A DNA stretch of 64,000 bases from the NCBI GenBank assembly GCA_028864975.1, contig JAGWLG010000002.1, positions 24,043 through 88,042 of the forward strand. The letters run 5' to 3'. This stretch comes from Thermoplasmata archaeon. Lineage in GTDB: Archaea > Thermoplasmatota > Thermoplasmata > Lutacidiplasmatales > UBA184. The notes beneath the pieces were generated by a model. The model ran no database searches. It was not told the DNA's origin and worked only from the letters and a program-made list of their open reading frames with translations. Shown in pieces: positions 54,001-62,323 of the stretch (position 1 is the stretch's first letter; every line of letters starts with the position of its first letter). A program made the position numbers and the translations under genes.

Positions 54001-55438
54001 CACGAGCGCGCTCGCGGAGCACTGCAACGGCTACCACTTCTCCTCCTGGACCAACTCGGGGGGCGTCACGGTATCCGGGAGCGCTTCCAACCCCACTTCG
54101 ACCACGCTCGCGGGGAACGGAAGCCTGGGCGCGACCTGGGCGGTGAACGGCACGACCACGTTCTCGATCACGCTCGTCGCTTCGCCCGCGAGCTGCGGAC
54201 CGATCTCCTTCAACGCGGGGAGCTATGCGAGCGGGTCCTCGGTCACGATCGCAGCAGGAACCTACGCCCTCTCGGTGGGCTCGTGTTCCGGGTACTCCTT
54301 CTCGAGCTGGTCGGCGACGGGATCGAACGTCGTGGCGTTGCCCTCCGCGTCGAGCACGAGCGTGACCATCGCCTCCGCCGGGACCCTCACGGCGACCTTC
54401 AGCTCCGCGACCACCTATGCGGTCACCGTCTCGACCGCGCCCGCCAGCTGCGGGTCGGTGACCATCAACGGCAACACCTACACGAACGGGATGACCGCCA
54501 ACCTGGCGGCCACCACGTACCCCATCACGACATCGGCCTGCTCGGGCTACTTCCTCGTCCCGAGCTTCGCCTTGACCGGCGGGGTCAGCCTGAATGCCGC
54601 GCATACCCAGCTTACGGTCTCGAACGCGGGCACGCTCGCGATGACCTTCGCAACGACCTTGACCGGTCAAGTGAGCGCCACCCCCGCCAGCACCACCACG
54701 GGCTCTGCCGTCTCCTTCACCCTGACCTTGAGCGGCGGGTTGGGCCCCTACGTGGCCACCTGGAACTTCGGTGATGGTAGCTCGTGGGCCACCACGAACC
54801 TCACCTCGACGAGCGGCACCGAGAGCCACACATTCGGTAGCGCGAACACGTTCACGGTCACGGTGACCGTCCGCGACAGCGTCGGTCAGGTCATCAGCGG
54901 CTCCGTGCCGATCCAGGTCAGCTCGAGCTCCGCGGCAGGCTCCCCCATCCCGCTCTGGGCCCTCGGACTGCTCCTGCTGGTCGTGGTGGCCGCTATCGTC
55001 GCCACGGTGTTGCTCGTCCGACGGCGCAAGAAGTCCCAGGAACTCCTCGCAGGTCCCAACGCGGCCGCCGGAGCTGCCTACGAGCCTGTGCCGTTCCCGT
55101 CCCCCGCCGGCGGCGCTCCGCCGCCGCCCCCGCCGACCTACGGTGCCACGATGGCTCCGGCGCCTCCACCGCCGGTCACGAGCGCCCCTCCCCCGGTGGC
55201 CACGCAGGCGGTCGCGCCCATGCCAGCCCCCGCGCCATTGCCACCGCCCGCTCCGGTCACTCCACCGCGCCCGAGCGCGGCCCCTCGGCCAGGTCCCTAC
55301 CTCACCGAGCGGCAGCGAAGAGCGCAAGAGGCGGCCGCCGCGGCCCCCGCCACGGGATCCGCTGCGACGGAGCCTCCCCCCTCGACCTCGACCCCTTCCG
55401 AAGGGAGCGGGGGGGCGACCGACGGGAACTCGGGCTGA
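51014..55438 (+). CDS. large cell-surface protein: signal peptide, approx. 500-aa N-domain, about 12 divergent InlB B-repeat domains, PKD domain, C-terminal TM anchor, Pro-rich cytoplasmic tail
   Basis: Signal 'VATIALLGLVLLGLL'; repeated approx. 85-aa units '...SPASGAGSISFNSVTYYNGGSTSIATGSYPLSATTNAGWHFSSWSTTGG...TLTATYT'; PKD 'WNFGDGSSWATTNLTSTSGTESHTFGSANTFTVTVTVRDSVGQ'; TM 'LWALGLLLLVVVAAIVATVLLV'. Confidence 0.8.
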   Translation: MARNMQRTRTNYAEVATIALLGLVLLGLLTPGPLRSMVAQGAQGAAPTPVAVGALQAASAGAGQGAPYAVHGVSLHPLSVGASASVGTSRAPLASGASLAAEGPSASVPNAISLGSSWAGINAATGCACFPPDGAEGEGNGYVVQSVNLWYHVWTTGGTSQWSESASTFFGTSDGLSDPKVFYDNQTSRWFTSFLDVTNNHLWIAVSKTSTPTQGTSNWVISDLPGPSNGDLPDQPILGVDANNVVLSTNDFSSTAFDGAEVFVVNKTAVMGSAQTAWGWTWGPNNNYGSMHPAYHLDATNTMWFATTCGGAGTNCTWPIAVGKLTGSPPATPNFVVYNYWTWTNSSSQLPPAVGFQKGSTVKLDTGDDRVSSATWTNGVLWVAADDSCRASTGFASCLHLWSFSTSAGTPSKVQDFKWEDKANSFDGYPSVIIDKYGNVGVSFEEASNATFPSTYVTGQATSDPVNTLEAATLAKAGGGAITATQSNFCAGVITCARWGDYSGSSVDPTNRNQFWMEAEDGPGAGDSYWATWVQEFQFPYPSGTPTVNFALSPASGAGSISFNSVTYYNGGSTSIATGSYPLSATTNAGWHFSSWSTTGGLSVGASGLTVSSSGTLTATYTQYAKVTFAINRAACGPITFNSTTQANASSASYYTSSSPFTASIPACGGETFSSWAVTGGVSVGSPTALSTSVTLTDNGTLTANFVTGSVDVVTVAIAPGAGDGYVTLSGTPYFNGNTANLAAGSYPLAFAASPGWAFSTWSATGGLTIGAGTLAVSSSGTLTVTFVQDPTLSFTVSPTSCQPITFNGSTPWNSGTSGSFYTSGSPYTASVAACSGYSFSSWSTTGGVAAGSPSATSTPVTLTDNGTLTATFTASSGVTVSFTISPASPSSGGSVTLNGVTYYNGGSVSIATGTYTLSQTPAPAFRFSSWAFAGGVALSGGSLVVTGAGTVTANYVAVYGVAFSVAPAACAATSEVQFNGTNWANAGSGTFAGLTTSALAEHCNGYHFSSWTNSGGVTVSGSASNPTSTTLAGNGSLGATWAVNGTTTFSITLVASPASCGPISFNAGSYASGSSVTIAAGTYALSVGSCSGYSFSSWSATGSNVVALPSASSTSVTIASAGTLTATFSSATTYAVTVSTAPASCGSVTINGNTYTNGMTANLAATTYPITTSACSGYFLVPSFALTGGVSLNAAHTQLTVSNAGTLAMTFATTLTGQVSATPASTTTGSAVSFTLTLSGGLGPYVATWNFGDGSSWATTNLTSTSGTESHTFGSANTFTVTVTVRDSVGQVISGSVPIQVSSSSAAGSPIPLWALGLLLLVVVAAIVATVLLVRRRKKSQELLAGPNAAAGAAYEPVPFPSPAGGAPPPPPPTYGATMAPAPPPPVTSAPPPVATQAVAPMPAPAPLPPPAPVTPPRPSAAPRPGPYLTERQRRAQEAAAAAPATGSAATEPPPSTSTPSEGSGGATDGNSG
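52648..54650 (+). repeat. intragenic tandem array of about 12 x approx. 255-bp units encoding divergent InlB B-repeat domains
   Basis: Recurring peptide motif F(S/T)SWS(T/A)TGG(L/V)...G..L.V...GTLTA(T/N)(F/Y) at approx. 85-aa spacing in the translation. Confidence 0.6.
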
Positions 55439-55441
55439 GGC

Positions 55442-56722
55442 TCAGGAGGGGCGAGGCTCCGCGGTCCCGTCGAGCCTCCAGAGGGCTCGGCCCACCGTGG
55501 AGAGGGCCCCGGTCAGCAACAGTCCTCCCCCGGCCACCTCGAGCGCGAACGAGATCCCTCGGTAGGTGATGAGGAGCGCCCCCACGACCTGGGCCACGGG
55601 CATCACGGCATAGCTCAGGATCCCATCGATGGAGAAGTAGCGCCCGCGCATCCGCTCGGGGACGATGGTCTGGGCCGTCGTGAGCCAGGTCGTTCCCGCG
55701 ACCTGCATGACCAGGCTGAAGGCGAAGACGATCGGGACCGAGAGGTAGAAGGAGCCTGACCGCGAGAGGGCGAGCAGCAAGACCCCGCACACGACGCCGT
55801 ACCCAAGGGTCCAGACCTTGCCCGCGTGCTTGACGGCGCGGGTCCTGCCCACGAGCAGGCCGCCTGCGGCGGTCCCCCCGGTCATGGTCGCGAGGAACAG
55901 CCCGAAGGTGAGCGGAGTGCCGTGGAGCCCGAGCGTGACGTAGACGACGATGAACCAGAGGAAGATCGAGGAGAAGAAGTTCATGAAGAGGGCGGAGATG
56001 GAGAGCTCGAAGAGCCCCTTCGAGGAGAGCAGCCAGCGCCCGCCTTCCGCGATCTCCGATAGCATTCGCCGACGTGGTACGGACGCCTCCTCGAGCTTCC
56101 GAGGGAGGCGCTTCGTCCCGACGCTCACCGTGAAGACCAGGGCGGCGGAGAGCAGGAACGTGAGCGTGTTGTACAGCAGGCTCAGGACGACGCCCGCCAC
56201 GAGGAGGAACGTCCCCGCGATGGAGTTCGACAGCATCGAGATGATGGACCGGGAGGAGCGGACGAGACCGTTCGCGTCCGCGAGCTGATGCTTCGGGAGG
56301 ATGGAGGGGATCAGCGACTGCTCGGCCGGGGTGAAGAGCGTACCGACGCACCCTGAGACGAAGGCCACGACGAGGAACATTGGGAGGCTGAACCCCCAAC
56401 GCCAGAACGTGAACGCGAGGGCGCCGATGGCCCCCGCGCGCGCGAGGTCGCTCGCGACCATGACCCGTCGACGGTCGTAGCGGTCGACCCACACGCCCGA
56501 GGGGAGGCTCATGACCACGATCGTGACCGTGGTGACGATCCCCACGAGGGCGATCGCGAAGGCGGACCGGGTCGAGGAGAAGACGATCCACGAGATCGTG
56601 ACGCTGGCGATGGCGCCGCCGCTGATCGAGGTCGCGCCGGCGAGGAAGAGGCGCAGGAAGTTGCGGTCCCGCAGGACCGAAGCGAGCCCCACGCCCGGCG
56701 CGGAGGAGGGGGACGCGCCCAT
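55442..56722 (-). CDS. MFS transporter
   Basis: 12 TM; 'DRYDRRRVMVASDLARAGAIGAL' loop 2-3-like motif. Confidence 0.75.
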   Translation of the reverse strand: MGASPSSAPGVGLASVLRDRNFLRLFLAGATSISGGAIASVTISWIVFSSTRSAFAIALVGIVTTVTIVVMSLPSGVWVDRYDRRRVMVASDLARAGAIGALAFTFWRWGFSLPMFLVVAFVSGCVGTLFTPAEQSLIPSILPKHQLADANGLVRSSRSIISMLSNSIAGTFLLVAGVVLSLLYNTLTFLLSAALVFTVSVGTKRLPRKLEEASVPRRRMLSEIAEGGRWLLSSKGLFELSISALFMNFFSSIFLWFIVVYVTLGLHGTPLTFGLFLATMTGGTAAGGLLVGRTRAVKHAGKVWTLGYGVVCGVLLLALSRSGSFYLSVPIVFAFSLVMQVAGTTWLTTAQTIVPERMRGRYFSIDGILSYAVMPVAQVVGALLITYRGISFALEVAGGGLLLTGALSTVGRALWRLDGTAEPRPS

Positions 56723-56759
56723 GCACCCCTCTCACGGAGGTGGAGGGTGACCGTGCCCC

Positions 56760-57482
56760 TCACACCTCGAGCCGGACGACCTCGCGCCCTCCTTCCTTCC
56801 CCAGGAGGCGTGCGACGAGCCCCTCGGCGTCCTTCGCCTTTCCGCGGTGGTAACCTTTGAGCGCGGCTTCGCGCAGCCCATCCGCCCCCATCCCGATGAC
56901 CTCGGCCTCCATCTCTCCGATGGACCCGCTGGGGTCGACAGCGAATAGGCGAGGCTCGTGGGCGAGCGTCGAGGCGATGAGGAGCGAGCAGCCGAGGGGG
57001 CGATCCTCACGCTTCAACGTGTGTTCCCAGAAGTACCGCGAGGCCTCGTCGACGAGCTCGTCCGCGCTCTTCCAGGACTGGCGGCGAAGGTGCCGCACGA
57101 CCGAGCGCCCGTCGGCGACGAGCCCGACCTTGAGGACCGCCACGTGAGGCGAGAGACGGTCGATCTTCCCGCCCGACCTCACGGTGGGGTTCGGTCCCGC
57201 GCTGTAGGCAGCGCCAAGGACCACACCTTTGTCGAAGACCGCCCCTGCGATAGGAAGGCCGCGCCGGGAGGACTCCCGGGCGTACTCGATCTGGTAGATG
57301 CGGCCGTCGGGGGAGAAGTGGTTCACCTTGTCGAAGTCCTGGGCCATCGGGCCGGCCTGCTGGGCGTACGCCACGATGGCAGCGCGGACGAGCTCGGCCT
57401 TGGTGCCGAAGGGGCCCGTGCGGACGAGGGCGTCCAGGTAACGGTCTATCTCGGGTGGGACGGCGAGTCGAATCTCTGCCAT
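56760..57482 (-). CDS. psmA: proteasome subunit alpha with in-frame N-terminal ribbon-helix-helix-like extension (core alpha 56760-57347)
   Basis: 'FDKVNHFSPDGRIYQIEYARE', 'LKVGLVADGRSVV', 'RPLGCSLLIASTLAHEPRLFAVDPSGSIGEMEAEVIGMGADG' are alpha-subunit signatures; upstream in frame 'AEIRLAVPPEIDRYLDALVRTGPFGTKAELVRAAIVAYA' has an RHH (CopG/Arc) pattern with high GC3 and no intervening stop; ATG at 57482. Confidence 0.7.
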   Translation of the reverse strand: MAEIRLAVPPEIDRYLDALVRTGPFGTKAELVRAAIVAYAQQAGPMAQDFDKVNHFSPDGRIYQIEYARESSRRGLPIAGAVFDKGVVLGAAYSAGPNPTVRSGGKIDRLSPHVAVLKVGLVADGRSVVRHLRRQSWKSADELVDEASRYFWEHTLKREDRPLGCSLLIASTLAHEPRLFAVDPSGSIGEMEAEVIGMGADGLREAALKGYHRGKAKDAEGLVARLLGKEGGREVVRLEV

Positions 57483-57507
57483 ACGTCGAAGCTCCGCTAG
57501 GACGTAT

Positions 57508-57544
57508 GTTTCACGTAGTCTTGAAGGATGATGTACGTGAAACA
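57508..57544. promoter_or_regulatory. perfect 10-bp inverted repeat GTTTCACGTA-N17-TACGTGAAAC in an AT-rich island upstream of psmA
   Basis: Read directly from sequence 57508-57517 and 57535-57544; lies 25-60 nt upstream of the ATG at 57482; local AT content far above genome background. Confidence 0.35.
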
Positions 57545-57599
57545 CGGCGTATTCGCGGAGACTTCCTCCGACCCGCTGACGCTCCCGAGGAGCGATCGC

Positions 57600-58391
57600 C
57601 TACCTTCGGGCGACGAGGATCACGTTGGAGAGCTCTCGCCATAGCACGGCGGACTCCCGGAACCCCGCCGCCCGCAGGTACCGCCGGTGCTCCTCCTCCG
57701 ACGGTTCGACCTCGTGGTGGGTCGGCTCAGGGAAGAGGGCGTTCCGTCTCTTGAGCGCCTCGTGCAGCGACGGGTCGCGGCCGGCCTCGCGCCACCATTC
57801 GCGCCACTCGAGGGCGGACCGGCGGACCTCAAGGACCCGTTGTCGTCGATGCAACGTCTCGGAAGCGAGTTCGCGAAGACGGGGGCTCTCCTCTCCCAGA
57901 GGGGCCTTGTCGCCGTTGAGCAGGACCCCTCCGGGGCGGAGCAAGGTCCGAAGGTCTCGGTAGACACGCCGAAGTTGTGGGGGAAGGAACCAGTGCAGTG
58001 CCGTGGTCGAGAGGACCGCGTCGAAGCGCCCCGGGGGCAGGGCGCGGGCCCACGTGGGAGAGCGCAGGTCGCTCTCCACCCAGCGCAGCCGTTGGGCGAC
58101 CGAGGGGGGCGCCGACGTCCTCCCGATCGTGAGGAGGAGCGGGTCGATGTCCACGGCGACCACGCGGGCCCGTGGGAACCTCGCGAGCAGGCGGAAGGAA
58201 AGCGAGCCCGGGCCGCATCCCACGTCCAGGGCGCGGAACGTCGAAGGAAGACCGGCCTCGAGCAGGTCGAACATCGCCGTGAAGCGAGCTTCGCGGGAGG
58301 GAATGTAGCGCGTCTGCATCCGGTCCCACGAGGTCAGGAGGGCCCGGGCACGGGCCCGGGTGAGCGGGGGAGTAGGGGGAGGAGGGGACAT
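57600..58391 (-). CDS. class I SAM-dependent methyltransferase
   Basis: 'FRALDVGCGPGSLSFRLLARFPRARVVAVDIDPLLL', 'FDAVLSTTALHWF', 'LRPGGVLLNGD'. Confidence 0.65.
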   Translation of the reverse strand: MSPPPPTPPLTRARARALLTSWDRMQTRYIPSREARFTAMFDLLEAGLPSTFRALDVGCGPGSLSFRLLARFPRARVVAVDIDPLLLTIGRTSAPPSVAQRLRWVESDLRSPTWARALPPGRFDAVLSTTALHWFLPPQLRRVYRDLRTLLRPGGVLLNGDKAPLGEESPRLRELASETLHRRQRVLEVRRSALEWREWWREAGRDPSLHEALKRRNALFPEPTHHEVEPSEEEHRRYLRAAGFRESAVLWRELSNVILVARR

Positions 58392-58398
58392 GCGACCC

Positions 58399-59451
58399 CT
58401 ACCCGGGGGCCTTGAGCGCGGAGAGCGCCTCGGGATGCTCGGCGAAGTAGCGGTTCGCGGGGGCCATGATCCGCTGGAGGCCGACGGCGACCGAGGCCTT
58501 CAGGTCCTGCGGGTGGAGCTTCCCCTCCTTCCAGGTCGCGAGGAACTCCTCCTCCTTCGAGAAGGAGAGAGGGCCCCCATACTTGGCCGGGCGCTCCACC
58601 TCGAGCTTTCCGAGCCACGGGAGCACCACGTAGCGCGCGAGCTCGAGGACCGGGTTCCCCTCCACCTCCTTCACGGGGCAGAAGGCTCCCTTGAGGCGGT
58701 CCTCGACGACGGCGTCAGGGGACGGGACGGGGATCCCCGAGGTGGGGTCGCTCTTCGACATCTTCCGTTCCATGAGGCCCGGGTCGTCGATGTTCATCCG
58801 GCCGCCGCCCTTGAGGGACGAGATCAGAGGGGTATGGAGGGCGACGGGGACGGGCCATCCGTAGTGGTGGGCCACCTCGCGGGCGAGGACATGGGCCCGC
58901 CGCTGGTCGATCCCCGCGTAGGCCAGGTCGACGGGGAGCTCGAAGATGTCCGCCACCTGCATCGCGGGATAGAAGAGCTTCGCCGCGTCGACCTCAGCCT
59001 CGTCCTCCTTCCTCCCCATGATGGTCACCGCGCGCTTCGCGCGTGCGAGGCTCATCGCCTTGGCGCAGCGGATGACGCGTGCCCAGTAGTTCTCCGAGGC
59101 GACCAGGTCCTTGGCCCATCGGAACCGGACGCCTTCCGCCGCCTCCAGGGCGCGGAAGGTCTCCGACATGGCGCGACCGGCCAGACGGATCCTCTCGAGG
59201 GAGCCTCCGAGCTTGTCGTTGATGAGGGCGTGCCAGTCCGCGAGGAAGACCGTGACCTGGAACCCTGCGTGGGCGAGGTCGCGGACCTTCGCGATCGTGA
59301 CGAGCTGGCCCACGGTGAAGAGCCCGCTCGGTTCGTAGCCGATGTAGGCCTTCGGGTGGTCCTCCCGTGCGAGGAGTGCACGCACCTCTTCGTTAACGAG
59401 GACCTCCTGGGCGTTGCGGAGCACCAGGGCGACGCGCTCTTCGAGGTCCAT
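58399..59451 (-). CDS. tyrS: tyrosine--tRNA ligase, archaeal type
   Basis: 'YIGYEPSGLFTVGQ' (HIGH-region equivalent), 'KMSKS' motif, approx. 350 aa class-I archaeal TyrRS architecture. Confidence 0.9.
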   Translation of the reverse strand: MDLEERVALVLRNAQEVLVNEEVRALLAREDHPKAYIGYEPSGLFTVGQLVTIAKVRDLAHAGFQVTVFLADWHALINDKLGGSLERIRLAGRAMSETFRALEAAEGVRFRWAKDLVASENYWARVIRCAKAMSLARAKRAVTIMGRKEDEAEVDAAKLFYPAMQVADIFELPVDLAYAGIDQRRAHVLAREVAHHYGWPVPVALHTPLISSLKGGGRMNIDDPGLMERKMSKSDPTSGIPVPSPDAVVEDRLKGAFCPVKEVEGNPVLELARYVVLPWLGKLEVERPAKYGGPLSFSKEEEFLATWKEGKLHPQDLKASVAVGLQRIMAPANRYFAEHPEALSALKAPG

Positions 59452-59492
59452 GTCGGGGGGTGGGAGCTCTCCCTGATGAAGAACCTTGGCCG

Positions 59493-60674
59493 TCAGCCGG
59501 GGGGACGGGCGACCGACTCGTCCACCGTCGAGTCGTAGACCTCTCCCGGGGGGACAGCTTCCGCCTCCTCCGGGGAGAGGGCGGAGAGGACCGCCCGCTC
59601 GGTCGCGAGCTCGGCCCGTTGGGTCGCACGACGGAAGGCTAGGACCTCGAAGAGGAGCGCGGCGGCCGGCACCAGGAGCACGAGGACCGCGCTGTCAAGG
59701 AACTCCGTCGCGGGCGAAGGGGAGGACGGGGTGCTCACGCCGGGGACGTCGGCGACGCTCAAGTTCGCCGTAACGGGCTCCGAGGCGGTCGGAGCACGGG
59801 AGGTGGCCTCGAGCGCGCGGTAACCCGAGATGGAGGGGTCGTAGAGCCCCTGGAGCGTCCACGCCGCGAGCGGGCCGGAGGAGAGGGTGCGGAGGACGAC
59901 GGAGAGGGTCGTCGCGTACTGCCGGTAGGAGTTGCAGACGTAGAGCACGCACGAGGTGGAGCTCCCCGGGGGGTAGAGGCGCTGGTAGGTCGCGTTGACC
60001 TGGGCGAACGTGCTCGCGATGGCGCTGCTGCAGGCGCCGCCAACGACGGCGGAGACGGTCGTCGACCACACCCCTCCCGCCCCGAGGGGGAAGGAGAGCC
60101 CTCCGGGCACCGGACGCGAAAGGTTCGCCCAGGAGGTTCCGTTGGGACATTGCCACGCGATCCCCTCCAGGTATCCGTTGACCCCGTCCAGGACCCAACC
60201 CGCGAAGGGCCAGGTCGACGCGACGGGACCGCGGGCGCTCCAGTTCCATCGCTCGAGCACGGGAGTATCATGGGCGCCCGTGAGGGCCAGGTTCAGCGCC
60301 ACGGTCCCCCCGTTCGGAAGGACCGACCCCTCGTAGGTCGAGTCCGCGACGTACGTCCAAGTTGCGGTCCCGAGGACGGGTGGGGGCCCGTAGGTGGGGT
60401 CCCGCGCGGGGGGAAGCAGGAGGGGGAGCACGACGAGCGAGGCGACCCAGAGGGCGAGGTAGAGGAGGAGGCGGCGCCGGGCCTGCACGTGGTGGGCAAG
60501 GGAAGGGCGCCCATACCCTTTCTCGCCGCACGTCGCACCGAAATCGGGGTGCGAGCGCGCCTCGGGGCCGAGCGTGGGCGACCGACCTCGGCCCCCCAGC
60601 GCGGCCTGAGCCTCCTGAAGGAGCCTTGCGACGGGAGGACTTGCGCCCCGGGGCCCACCTTCCACCCTCCCCAT
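59493..60674 (-). CDS. bitopic membrane protein with Cys-containing extracellular domain, hypothetical
   Basis: N-terminal TM 'LLLYLALWVASLVVLPLLL', approx. 270-aa Ser/Thr/Gly-rich ectodomain with 4 Cys, C-terminal TM 'AVLVLLVPAAALLFEVLAF'. Confidence 0.45.
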   Translation of the reverse strand: MGRVEGGPRGASPPVARLLQEAQAALGGRGRSPTLGPEARSHPDFGATCGEKGYGRPSLAHHVQARRRLLLYLALWVASLVVLPLLLPPARDPTYGPPPVLGTATWTYVADSTYEGSVLPNGGTVALNLALTGAHDTPVLERWNWSARGPVASTWPFAGWVLDGVNGYLEGIAWQCPNGTSWANLSRPVPGGLSFPLGAGGVWSTTVSAVVGGACSSAIASTFAQVNATYQRLYPPGSSTSCVLYVCNSYRQYATTLSVVLRTLSSGPLAAWTLQGLYDPSISGYRALEATSRAPTASEPVTANLSVADVPGVSTPSSPSPATEFLDSAVLVLLVPAAALLFEVLAFRRATQRAELATERAVLSALSPEEAEAVPPGEVYDSTVDESVARPPG

Positions 60675-60762
60675 CGGCTTCGGGGAGGACCCGCCGACCG
60701 CCCAGTCGAACGGCGGGATTCAAATACCGGTCCGGGGCGTGAATGCCCCGCGGAGCGCAACA

Positions 60763-61424
60763 TGAGGAAGGGACTGGTGATCGTGGGGGTCGTCCTGCTG
60801 GCCTTGGGAGCGGTGCTGATGTTCGTCCCGCTGATCCCTTCGACGATAAGTTCGACGGCGAGCAACCCTTCGGCCAACGGCGGAATGATCGGCTACAACA
60901 TCTACCAGTCCAGCTTCTCCCTGACCGGGGGAACCACCGGCAAGTTCTCCTTCTCCTCTTCCTCCCCGGTGGACATCGCGGTCATCACCTGCTCCCGCGC
61001 GGTCACCACCTCGCAGCTTCAGCAGGCCACCACCAGCGCCCAGTTCAATGCGGCCTGCGGGACCAACACCACATACGGGACGACGCAGGTCGGAGGCTTC
61101 TCGTTCTCGAACGGCACGAGCGGTCCCTTCTCCGTGACCATCCCCTCCGGAGGGACCCTCATCTGGTTCGCGCTCTCGGGACAGAACTCCCCTCCGACCG
61201 TGACCGTGACGACGACGTACACCTCCCCGCTGCTCGGGCTGGTGCTCTTGGTCATCGGCGTGCTCCTCCTGCTCTTGGGGGTGGCCCTCAAGTCGAAGAA
61301 GCAGAAGCAGGCCGCGACCTCTCTGCCTCCGCCCCAGCCGTGGGGCCCTCCTTCCGGCCAAGGTGTGGCGTCGCCAGGAGCTCCCCCACCGGCCTGGCAA
61401 CAGCCTCCTCCACCCTCGCGATAG
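60763..61424 (+). CDS. bitopic membrane protein, small Cys-pair ectodomain, Pro-rich cytoplasmic tail (paralogue family member B)
   Basis: TM 'LVIVGVVLLALGAVLMFVPLI', ectodomain with 'ITCSRAV...NAACGTN', TM 'LLGLVLLVIGVLLLLLGVAL', tail 'PPPQPWGPPSGQGVASPGAPPPAWQQPPPP'. Confidence 0.5.
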
Positions 61425-61618
61425 TCGAGGCGAGGGGCCGCTTTCGCGTCGCAGCGCAAGCGCAGCGGCGGCGCCCCGTGAAGGGCTCAGGCCCCTGGCC
61501 GCCCCGTATGGGGCGATCCTCCCATCCCGTCCTGTCCATCGGTCCGCTCCAAGCCCCGATGGGGGGAGCGCGGCAGAGGGACCGGAGCGTCGTGGCGCGG
61601 AGGTGCACCTTCCCCCGG

Positions 61619-61636
61619 GGCCTTTTATAGAGAGCA
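61619..61636 (+). promoter_or_regulatory. putative BRE/TATA promoter element (GGCCTTTTATAGAGAGCA)
   Basis: Shares core CCTTT(T)ATAGAGA with 44221-44233; only about 12 nt before ATG 61642, so the real start may be slightly downstream or the transcript leaderless. Confidence 0.3.
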
Positions 61637-61641
61637 GAGCC

Positions 61642-62322
61642 ATGGCTCGCCCTGGGGAGCCCTCAGTGCGACCCGTCTTCGCCCTTGTCGGTTCGGCTAT
61701 CCTGGTCCTTCTCGCGCTCCTCTCTTACTTCGTTGCGGCGGGGTTCCAGCAGCAGAACAGCCTCTACCTCTCCTCTGGGCCCCTCTACACGGGAGGGGCG
61801 GGGTCGGCGGTGGTCGATCCCACCTCGTCGGAGGACACTTTCCTTCCGAACATCCCGGTGAACGTCACCGTGACCGACCTCCCGGCTGGGGCGACGGTCT
61901 ACGCCTTCCCGTGTCCCACGGGGGTGACGAACTCGACCCAGTGTGCCAAGAGCGCCCCCTCGTTCATCGATTCCTGGACCGGCAACGGGGACGGGCACCC
62001 GGTCTTCCTCCACTTCAACGTCAACGTCGGGCACGCTTTCGTGCTCACGACCAATGCCGGCCGGGGTGCCCAGGTCGCCTACACGGCGAAGGTCCCGCTG
62101 TGGGCCCTCCAGACGTGGGTGGTCGTGATCGTCATGATCGTGGGGATCGTTCTGGTCGGGGTGGGCCTCTCCCGGGGGCACTCCTCGGGGTCGGCGGCCT
62201 CCTATGGCGAACCGGCCGGATACTCCTCACCCCCCCTTCGGCGGTTCTGCGAGACCTGCGGGAGCCGCTTCCCCGACGACATGACAATGTACTGCCCCTC
62301 CTGCGGCGCGCCCCGGATGTGA
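61642..62322 (+). CDS. bitopic membrane protein, Cys-pair ectodomain, C-terminal cytoplasmic zinc ribbon (family member C)
   Basis: TM 'VFALVGSAILVLLALLSYFVAAG', 'FPCPTGVTNSTQCAKS', TM 'WVVVIVMIVGIVLVGVGL', 'CETCGSRFPDDMTMYCPSCG'; TATA-like 'CCTTTTATAGAGAG' just upstream. Confidence 0.5.
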   Translation: MARPGEPSVRPVFALVGSAILVLLALLSYFVAAGFQQQNSLYLSSGPLYTGGAGSAVVDPTSSEDTFLPNIPVNVTVTDLPAGATVYAFPCPTGVTNSTQCAKSAPSFIDSWTGNGDGHPVFLHFNVNVGHAFVLTTNAGRGAQVAYTAKVPLWALQTWVVVIVMIVGIVLVGVGLSRGHSSGSAASYGEPAGYSSPPLRRFCETCGSRFPDDMTMYCPSCGAPRM

Positions 62323-62323
62323 G

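Noticed and set aside
52648-54650. CRISPR-like periodic repeats
   Set aside because: The periodicity is about 255 bp, lies inside a continuous ORF and encodes InlB-B protein domains. There are no short direct repeats with unique spacers anywhere in the window.
57527-57545. 'GGATGATGTACGTGA' as a C/D-box sRNA C box near the L7Ae-using locus
   Set aside because: It contains GAUGAUG rather than the RUGAUGA consensus. There is no matching D box (CUGA) or k-turn geometry, and it is better explained as the spacer of the psmA-upstream inverted repeat.
57455-57754. Plus-strand ORF 57455-57754 and GTG-started extension of psmA to 57545
   Set aside because: The GTG start at 57545 falls inside the inverted repeat and AT-rich promoter island. 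ATG 57482 is the more plausible start, and the plus-strand ORF is filler overlapping the methyltransferase gene on the other strand.
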